Below, piece by piece: positions 7,394 to 17,100 of a stretch of DNA of 35,780 nt (within the stretch, counting starts at the first letter, position 1; every line of letters begins with the position of its first letter). Under the pieces are notes generated by a model that was not told where the DNA came from, ran no database searches, and saw only the letters and a list, made by a program, of their open reading frames with translations. Made by a program: the position numbers and the translations under genes. Origin of the DNA: a virus; IMG/VR virus record IMGVR_UViG_3300031261_000045. One strand, written 5' to 3'.

Positions 7394-7960
7394 TCAATGC
7401 GGCGGGGCGCCAGCAAAATGCAACAAAACCGTCACCACCAATGAACATATCGCGATAGCGCCAGAAACAATCGCCAGCAAGGTGTTGCGCCGGGCCGAGT
7501 CGGCAGTCGTTTCCTGCACAATGCGCGCCTGAAGACCGACCGTCTGTTCCGCGTCGCGTTCTGCGTGCAAACGATCCCAATCTTTGGCATTGGTGTCCAA
7601 ACGCACGAACGTAGACTGTGCCTCGATGATCCGCTGATTCTCATGATTGAGCAGTTCCAGGCGGCGTTCATACTCGATCGCCTGAATAGCGCGAGCCTTT
7701 TCCATCGCGGCGAGACAGGAGAATATCAGTTCACGCAAGGTCTCATTGCGCGTAAGACTGATCTTGTTCAATGCCTCCAACCGTTCTTCGGATTGCATCT
7801 TATTGGCATCGACCCGGTGATCGATGATGCGGATGACACCCTCAAACTGCGCCTGAATGGCAATCGCCGAAGCCGCCACCCGACGCTCCACAATGTCCGC
7901 CGTCCGATCGATATGCGCTTGCTCTTGTCTGTCCATAGACCGAAACACCCTAAAGGCCAA
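7394..7960 (-). CDS. Tail-anchored coiled-coil protein (188 aa from a TTG start; 180 aa from the ATG at 7935)
   Basis: A long charged heptad-like region (QSEERLEALNKISLTRNETLRELIFSCLAAMEKARAIQAIEYERRLELLNHENQRIIEAQ) is followed by a single C-terminal hydrophobic helix LLAIVSGAIAICSLVVTVLLHFAG. The ATG at 7935 has AGGGTG upstream. Confidence 0.55.
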   Translation of the reverse strand: MAFRVFRSMDRQEQAHIDRTADIVERRVAASAIAIQAQFEGVIRIIDHRVDANKMQSEERLEALNKISLTRNETLRELIFSCLAAMEKARAIQAIEYERRLELLNHENQRIIEAQSTFVRLDTNAKDWDRLHAERDAEQTVGLQARIVQETTADSARRNTLLAIVSGAIAICSLVVTVLLHFAGAPPH

Positions 7961-8147
7961 GATGATACAACGCGGGTCTGCCGGTGGCGGTCAAATCGCC
8001 ACAGGGCGGGGCCTGGGAGCCTGCTGGGGGCGGTGGCAGGGCGGCCCGCAGGGGGACTAGCCCAGCGTCAGTAACGGCCTGTACGACCGTTACAGGGCCG
8101 TTATAGAGGGGGTGGGTAAATCGGCTTTCGAAATGCGTCATGCACAT
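7950..8147 (-). CDS. Questionable small ORF (65 aa, Pro/Ala-rich) with strong SD (GGAGG) and upstream TAAATA
   Basis: Minus strand reads TTTAAATAAacgataactagaattctGGAGGtcttcacaccATG. The product is low-complexity, so it may instead be an untranslated leader of the next gene. Confidence 0.2.
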   Translation of the reverse strand: MCMTHFESRFTHPLYNGPVTVVQAVTDAGLVPLRAALPPPPAGSQAPPCGDLTATGRPALYHLGL

Positions 8148-8174
8148 GGTGTGAAGACCTCCAGAATTCTAGTT

Positions 8175-8192
8175 ATCGTTTATTTAAACGAT
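8175..8192 (-). other. Palindrome ATCGTTTATTTAAACGAT overlapping the stop codon of the giant gene
   Basis: Perfect 7-8 bp arms. The 220-bp gap before the next gene also contains the overlapping hairpins GTAACGGCC...GGCCGTTAC (8074-8106). Confidence 0.3.
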
Positions 8193-11100
8193 CCCAGAGG
8201 CAGATACCCGAGGATGTTATCGGTATACGGGATATTCGGGTCCCGCACGATCGAGACCGCCTGATCCATCGCGATGCCGGTGGCCGACACCCCGAGAATA
8301 CCGGTCGTGCGACTGACCGATGGGATGATGATCGTCCCGGCGATGCCAGAGCCATAGACGCCGAACGGATCGCGCCCGATCGGGAAGATCAGCGGCACCC
8401 TCAGCGCCGGTATCCGATACGGGAGATTGCCCGCATAAACGACGCTACCCGCTAGATGCGAGGCCGCGTTGGTGACGCCCACCACAACGGTGGCATGGAT
8501 CGGCGCAGTAACCGTGACCGAAGTGATCAGCCCGCTCGTGCTGACATTGTAGCTGCTGGCTGGTTGTAATATCGAATTGATCCTGACATCCACCGCGCCG
8601 AGCGTATTGACCACGTAGATTGTGGCGCCGCCCGGACTGAGGCCGGTGCTGAGCAGACGAACGGGACCCACCGAGGTGCCGAGCGTGCCGCGACGCAAGT
8701 GCCCCAAGGTGATCTGATTGCCGACCCGCACCGCAGCAAAATACTCGATGCGTTCGGCATCAATCCATATCACCCCTGGTCGATTGCCGAGCGGCAAGGG
8801 CAATGGATCGGCCGGTTGCAGTTTTGCCGCCAGGGGCTGGGTGTTCAAATCCACCACGATGCTTGTGGCATTGCCGGGGAGATCGCTATCCAGTCTGCCT
8901 GCGTAATACGGCGAACGCAGCCGATAGTCGAAGCTTTGATCGAGAACCGGAGCCATGCGCAGAACCGAGGGTGTGCGGGTGGCGTATTGATAGTGCAGGG
9001 TCGGCGTCGCGGGTAGCGCCGAAAATGTCATCATCACCACAAATCCACTGGTCTGGTCTGCAATGGCCAAGGCCGGAAGCGTCAAGGTCACATACGGCAC
9101 GGTGGCCAGTTTGGTTACAATATGATAATCATCATCCGGGACCAGGGTCAAGCCGTTCATGGTCACCAGCATCATGTTCGGTGCAACCGAGGCGGGTAGC
9201 AGATAGGTTTGGTGTGAGTTCAGCCCGGTCACCGGATAACTCGATGTGCGTATTTGCATGCTTCCGGCATTGCTGAAGGTTGTCGCGACAATTGTATCGA
9301 GACTGTTGATCGGCCGTCCCAAGAAGGGAAGCGTCTTACTGGTCAGGAAATCCGCATCCAGGGTGACCACGCCCGTGTTGCTCACTGTGTAATCCGGGGT
9401 CTGTCCCGCAAGGCTCACCACGGCGGCGATTTGATACGGATCAAAGGCTTGCGTTTCCAGTGCCACCAGCAGATTGCCATACACCACGAACTGGCCTGCG
9501 ATCATCGTCGAGGGGGTCTGCCCGACCGGCACCACGATATTGAGCGGATGCGTGCTGGGCGAACTGGACAAGGTGCAAATCGGGATCGCAGCGGTATAGA
9601 GGACGTTATTATAATAGACCGTGAGACGATCCGCGCTTGAGGTCGGAGCGATCGGCAGATACATCCAGGGCGTGGCTGGAGTGATCAGGCCATAGAATGT
9701 TTGTGGCGGAGTCAGACGCACCCCGCTCACCTCGATAATCGTTCCGGCGTGTGGCGGCATCGTCACCGGATCGGCGATCGTCAAAGTCCATTGCAAACCG
9801 GAATTGAATGCCAGGACCTGTTGTTGCACCGTAGTGGCTAGGGCAGCGCCACCCGGACAGACTAATTCTTGCTGATACGTTACGATACCGGACACCGGAT
9901 CGGTTACTGGATAATCGCTGTAGACTGGCAGATAACTGATGAGTGCGACATCGCTGCCCACAGACGGCGGGACGGAAAGCGTGACGCTCGTGCCATTGAC
10001 CTGATAGCCGCTGGACAACACAACGCCATTGACGATCACTGCGACATTACTGGCGAGCGTGGCCTGGGCGATGCTCAGCGCATTCACCCCGGAACTGAGA
10101 AATTGACTATCAGTGACCGGGGTCAGACCGCCGAAGCCGAACACATGCAAGACCACGCGAGTGACCGGGCTGGTTTGCAGCGTGGCATTGATCGTGACTG
10201 TGCGGCCAAAATGATCGACTGTGTAATCGGTGCCGAGGGTGGCGCGCAGGCCATTGCAATGCACCAGCACGGCTGCCGCTGATTGCGCCATGGTGGCAAA
10301 TGAAAACGTCTGGGTGCCGGTGAAGGCAGGCAGATCAAATCTCTTGATTTCGATCGGCGGTGCCCCGGCATTGGCCAAACTGGTGACGATGAGTTGCAAG
10401 CCATCATCGGCCGCATAGCCAATGCGTTCCTCGGGATGCTCCGCTTCGAGTGCCGGATCGCGCAGGCCGTATTCGCGCGGCTGGCCGGGGAGGGACGGAT
10501 TAACGACGGTTGTCTCTACGGTGGCGAAGCGATCGCCGCTGACGGTCAGGGCGACCTGTGAGGTCTCGCTGATCCCGAGTGTATCCCACCCGGAGGTGGG
10601 ATAATTGCTGACTGGATAGTCATTGGCATTGAATATAAAGCCATCGACCCAGCCGCCTTTGAATTGCAGGTTCAGCAGTTGCCCGAGATCGGTTGGCATC
10701 CCGGCACTCGGCTGGTAGTAGCTGGCTATCCGGTGCACTGCGCCGGATTGATCATTGGCTTCGTCAGTGGTGTTATCCCAGGGCTTGGTATCCCAGGTGG
10801 CGACGTCCCAGCCCCCGGCTGCGGCACTGCCGACCACGCGATCAAACAGCAGGGTGACCGTGACCTGCCGATCCAGGGCCGTCGCGGCGACCGTATTCTC
10901 GGCCGTGGAGACCGCCAAGGCGATTTGCTGGGCGGTTCCCCCATTGGCGCTCGCCAAGGCGCTGGCGGCCGTCCCAGCGGCAGCCATCGCGGCAATGATG
11001 GCCAGATAGTTGGTATACCAATTCACCCAAGGCTGGGTTTGCAGAATCGCAATATCAGTGAGGTTGGCGGGATCGAGCACGCGATAGACGCCCAGCCGCT

Positions 11101-14100
11101 GATCCCAATAGACTGGCTTGTCGAAATCGGTCGCCAGGGTGGGGGCGATATCGGTGGGGGGCGTGTAGCTCGTGGCATATTCGCGTATCTTCACGCGATA
11201 GGGTTTGACTTCATTGACAAAGTCAATCAGGTTGACGGTCTGATCGACTCGGGTGAACGGGGTTTCCAGCAACGGCACGTTGTAGCCCAGAATGCTCATG
11301 AAAGATGTTTTGAAAGCCCAATCAACATTGCTCTGCTGGGCATGGACAAAATCCACCATATTGAACCACAGCGTGTTGATCTCAGAGTCTTTCAGCACAT
11401 TGGCGTAGCGCAGGGCATCGAGCAGACTGCGCAATTCCCATGAGCCATCACGCAAGGTGACATCGGACGGGGCCAGCAGTTCCGCGCCGGGGGCCAACCA
11501 TGTCGGGGTTTCCGGCACCCGATCGGGATCGTATAATGCCTTGGCGAGTTGGATGGTGCCATTTTCGATCGCCACGGTGGTCCAACTGGCGCTCGTCGGA
11601 TCGAACTGGGTCCAGATAAACCCACCCGTTCCGGCATCATCGACAACCACCAGTTGATTGACCGGCTGGGTCCCTTCGCCGATATTGCGCGCGGCGATAG
11701 TGGCATAATGGATGACGGGCGGATCATTCACACTGTAACCGGAAGCGTAATAATCAGCATAGCTCAGGAACACATCGCTCGCGCTATCATCGGCAGCGGC
11801 CAGGATCAGATGGTATCGCTGGGTGCGTAACAAGCTGAATGGTTGGCCAGCGCCTTGATAGGTCCAGATCGCCCAGAACCCTGTGGGAGGTAGCACCAGA
11901 ACGCGATCGCCCAGGCTGAGGGTCGCAAGACTGTCGCGGACGGTCTCGGAGGCGACCTGCACTTCGTAGGTGGGAGCCAAGGCGAAGAAGGCATCGGCAT
12001 TGAGCAGCAGAAAGGCAATGATCTCGGCTGGGGTGGCCGTGCTATTGGCCTGCTGGAAGCTGGCGCTCGCGCGATTGGCTGCCACCCCATCGAAGGTCCA
12101 GATGCTCCAATGCGGGACGAAGCTGGTCAGACTGTTAACCAAAACCGTCATGGTTTGGCTGATCGGCGCGACGATCCCCGGCAGCAGGTTCCCGGCCCCG
12201 AGGAAATCCGCGCGCGCCAGTAGATTATCGCGCTCGGCCATCGAGTAAACCTGTACCATCCAGGCCCCGACCGGGGGCGGTTCCACCGGATAGGAGGCAT
12301 CGGTTTGTGTCCATTGGAGCGTCGCACTGGGCGCATCATAGCGGGTCAGGCTCGGCAACACCGCCGTGCGTTGCACGCAGATCGGCGTTTGCGCAAAGAT
12401 CGCGTTCACCGCATCGACGAAATTCTGCCGCGCGTCCAGCAAGCCCCCCCGTGCGCCCAGCATGCCGCTGATCTGAAACATGTTTTGACCAGACTGAATC
12501 CCGACATTGCGTTGCGCCGGGAGCGTGCCAGACGGCAAACTGCGCATCCCCTGCAAATCAACCGTGAACCCGGTCAAACTGTCGCGCAAATGCTGCCACA
12601 GATAAGCCGATGGCAACGAGGACGGATCATTCGGCCGCATCAGCGCCCATTGGTCATGCCGCTCCGCCAGATCGCGAATCGTGTGCTGCTGCACTTTCAT
12701 CACTGTGCTGCTATCATCCAACGCACTCGCGACCCCACTGATCAGCAAACCATTGCTGCTAATGGGCGCCATCCAAGCCAGACCGGCACTCGATGGATAG
12801 GTAATCGCCTGGATCACCGTGGCCACCGAAAGACTGCGAAACGAAACCACGGGTACAACCGTCAGCCCGCTGACCCAGAAGTAATACTTCAGCACATCGC
12901 CGAGGGTCGGATCATACACCACCCGCTCGACCCAGGAGGGCGCGTCCGTGAGATACACCCGTCCCAAGGACGAATCGGTTATGGCCTGGGCGATATAGGT
13001 CGTCGGATCGACGAGGCTTTCGATCCATTCATACACATCGACGCTGCTAAGTGGCGCCACACGGGTCCATTGCTGGATGCGATAGTGCAACTCGACCACA
13101 TCGCGATCGTTACTTGCGCCTAAGACATCGGTGGAGGGATCGATAAACTTGACGGTGGCGATATTCCACCACACCCGGCCGCGTTCATTCGGCCCCCACG
13201 GGTTGAGCGCAGCAGATGTCGCTCCGGCGTTATAGCGGGCCGGATCGAACGGGGTGAGATAATCGAGTTCCTTGCGGGCGCGGCCTGCAATTAAGCCAGC
13301 AACCGGATCGATCACGTCGATGGCGTTCACCACTGGCGTGTTGCTGCTCATGAGCATACCCGTGATCTGCGTCCCGGCTGCATAGATCAGCGTCTCGCTG
13401 ATCGTCGTCGGATTATTGCGCAGGGGCTGCTGGCGGGCGAGAGACCATTCGCCGCCATCCCATTGCTGCACCGTCCAGGGCATCGTGGCTGAACCGTCGA
13501 TCCAGGCGAGGTCGCCGATCATCCAATCGTAGCCCGCGACCATCAGCGTCGCCAGATCAGGAAACCGCATTTCGCGCAGAATGCGCACCATAGGCGCGGT
13601 GTCGGTGGGCAGATAGACGTAGCCCTGTGTGCTAACCGAATCGATATCGATGGTATTATTGGCGAAGTTGATGGCGATCAAGGTTGCGACACCATGCAGG
13701 TCCGGATAGGACAGACTGGGCGCATCAATGACGATGTAGCTACCAATGTCACTTTGTTGCAGATTGAGTGGTTGGCTGAGGGTCAGTCGCGTGGTCTGGG
13801 TCGCGGTTCGATCGGTGCTGCCGATGACGGGTGCGAGCACGCTGAGCAGCGCATTTGGGAGCGCCGCTGTGTTAAAGCTTTCCAGCACCGTAAAGGTTAG
13901 ATCGGCTCGTTCATACACCCAGAGGCGTTCTCCGGCGGGCAAGGTAGCAGTACCTGCCTGCAATTCTTGGCTGAACACCGTCGGCACGTCGGCCCAGGCG
14001 AACACTGTATTGGCGACATCGGTTAGCCGCACCGGCCCGGCAATCGGCAAGGCGGCAGGGACGAAGCCGCTCTGCATGGTGAAAAATTGGCTCGGGTTCG

Positions 14101-17100
14101 GCGGCACGTCATACCAGCGCGGATCGCCCGGCGCGAGCATGATCCAGTTCAGCGGCGCATTGGCGAGCGGCTGAAAACTGACAAACTGCGGATCGTCACG
14201 GGTATCGGTCTGCGCCAGTTGGAACGTCACGAACCCATCGGCCGGAGCCCCGTATTGGCCGACCTGAAAGCCCCATTCTTCGAGGAACGATAGCGTGCTG
14301 TTGCCGGATGCGCGGGTGCTGCGCATCAGTTTCTCGAACACGCCGGGGGCACCCTTCTGCTGGATCATTCCTTGATAGAACTCAAACTGCTCGACTTCGG
14401 CCAACAGGAGGTTATCCAGGTAATTACGCTCGGCATAGCCGATCACGTGACGTGCGTAGTCCCGCAGGTCGGCCACATCTGCCAGTTCGATGTCAAACAT
14501 GTAGCGCACATCATTGGCGGCTTTCTCGAAGCTAGAGGCCAAGGTGTTGCCGGTGATGACGAAGCCGGGTGCGTCCAGCCGTCCGCTCCATTGCTGCGCC
14601 CGATTGCAGATCAATTGCAGACGCGGCTGGCGGAGATTGAACAACGGCAGATAGATGGCATCGTCAAAGATGGTTACGTTATCAAAAACTAACAAATGTT
14701 CGATGGTGCTGAGATAGAGCCGGGCCAGGAAGATATCGGCATTCAGCGCGGTGATGGTCAGATCGCCATCCAGACGGCTGAGCAGGACGTTGTTTTGGCT
14801 GATCGGGGCGCCGACGCGATCGCACAGCCCGAAGAACCCCGTGCTGTTGTCCTCCACGTTATTGATCGTCCCGGTGAGCGTGCTGAATTGGATTTGCCGC
14901 TGTCCGGGCGACAGGGCGATGAAGTTGCCGGGCTGCCATTTGACCTGCGTCCAGGACAGGAATTCCAATGCCGCCATCGACCAGTTCAGGATCGCGCCGG
15001 ATTGCGGATCGGTGCCGCTGAAAATCCACCCCCGTGATACCAAGTAACGTTCATAGCCGAGCAGAAAATCGCCGACCGCCTGATAGGTGTTGAATATCGT
15101 GCCATAGGCGACTTGTTGGAGCGCCTTGAAACCGGTCGCATAGGTGACGATGCGTGGCGCCGGGATCGCGAATGGACTGAGATCGGGACGCGGGGTCCAG
15201 AAACTCAGTTCGAAGATCGGGCCGCTGGTGTGCGAGCGTTGGCACTGATACACCGAACCCTGCGAATTGCAGTAAGTATTCAGCGCATACCACGTGCTGG
15301 CTTGCCAGGGGCTGATCTTCGGTTCCGCGACGCTGGCGAGACTGATCACGCCTTTGACCGAGGCCGGATCAGGCGGGATGATGGTGAAGGAAGGGGTGCG
15401 CCCGTCATAGCCAATCACCCGCCACCCGGCGCCCGTCCACTCGACGATCACGCCGCTATAGACCTCGGTATCGTTGGGTGGCGATGTATAGAGAATTGTC
15501 TGCACATTCTCGGCAGGTAGCAAGCCGAAACTATCGCACACCGCCTGCACCGTGTTGCTCGATACGAACCCCGCCATCTGATGCAGCAGGCGCACATCCA
15601 AGCCGCGCACCGCATCGCCCAATTGACTGCTCGTGCCGCCCTGCGAAACCAGATAGTCGGCGAGCCATTGCGAGACGCCAGTGACCATCACAGGTTGGCC
15701 TGCCGCATCGCTCTCGCCATGCAGCAGATTGGTTGAGTCAGTGGAACGCAACAAAGTGTTCAGATCGACCCATTGATCAGCGATCAGGCCGCGCGTGAGG
15801 GTCGTCCAGCAGGTATCGGTGAAGCGGGCGGGCTTCATCAAAAAACTGACACAGGCCAGGGCATATTGAAACGACGGGGTGGTCCGCCAAAGCATCTCGA
15901 CCGGACCGAAATCGCCTGCTTGCCAGGGCTGGCTGGAGAGCGCGACGAGCCCCGAAGTGACCGTGACCAGACCGATTTGGGTGGGATCGCGCAGATGGCC
16001 CGTCGCATCGACCGGCAAGACCGCCAGCAGACCGGGCCGAGAATAGACCGCATCATAGCCCGCGCGCACGCCACCCGCGATATAGCCGTTCGTGGCGTCG
16101 ATCCAGACCCGATTGCTGGGGGTGTAAGGCGGCGCGCCATACTGCGTCACCCACCAGGACGGCTGAGTTTGAAAGCCCAGCATTTCCCAGGGACGCAGAT
16201 GTGGCGCATCGGTGCCGTAATAATCGTGATAGACCGCGCGCCAGCTTCCAGCCATCGGCAAGCCAAAGAGGTCGAGGCTGCCGCGATAGTTCCAGGTGAA
16301 AGGATTGCTCGGATCGTAGCCCAGCGCATTGCGATAATCCAGCCCGTTGTTCTGCGCCCAGATTTCGAAGAATGGCGCCAGCAGGCTGCTCACCTCGGCG
16401 TGGCTATAGCCGTTCGCGGGGGCGTAGAAATGCCCGCCACACCATTGCTGAATGTCAAACACCGGCCGCGCTTCGGTCTGCAACGCAGGATCGAGATTGG
16501 TGTAGATTAGTTGTTCCAGCGCCAGGATGATCGCATCGCGCCAGTCATTATTGGCGGGTGTGCGACTGCCGTCATGCCCCTGGATGAAAGTAATCGGCGG
16601 ATTATACAAGGCATCGACCAGCAGCGCAGGCACCACAGCCGGTTGGATACCCAGGGCCGAGGCCGTGGGCGGAATGAACCATTGGCCGCCCGCCATCGTG
16701 CTGAGCCAAAACGGCATCGCATTGGTATGGCCAATCTTCAAGGCCGCCAGGGTCGTCGCCACCCAAGTACTGGCAGGATCGATATCCACTCGCAGCACAC
16801 CACGATTGCATAGATCAACCAGCTTGCGGGCGAATTTGTTACGGAATCTGTTATATTCCTGATCGGCGTAGCGCAGTGCCAGGGTCAGATCGAATTGGCT
16901 GGACGACGCCAGCAGCATGGCCTTGAGCAGGGTCGCCCGATGCTGGAGAACCTGGGTGCCGAGAGACAGATCGCGCGGACTGTCGCGATAGTTGTTGCTG
17001 GCACTGGCCGTGCCGCTGAAATTGCTTTGCTGGCTGATCAAGTCGGCAAAATGCTGCTGGACATCGCTGTTCGACACCCGGCTAACCTCTTGCGCCAAGG

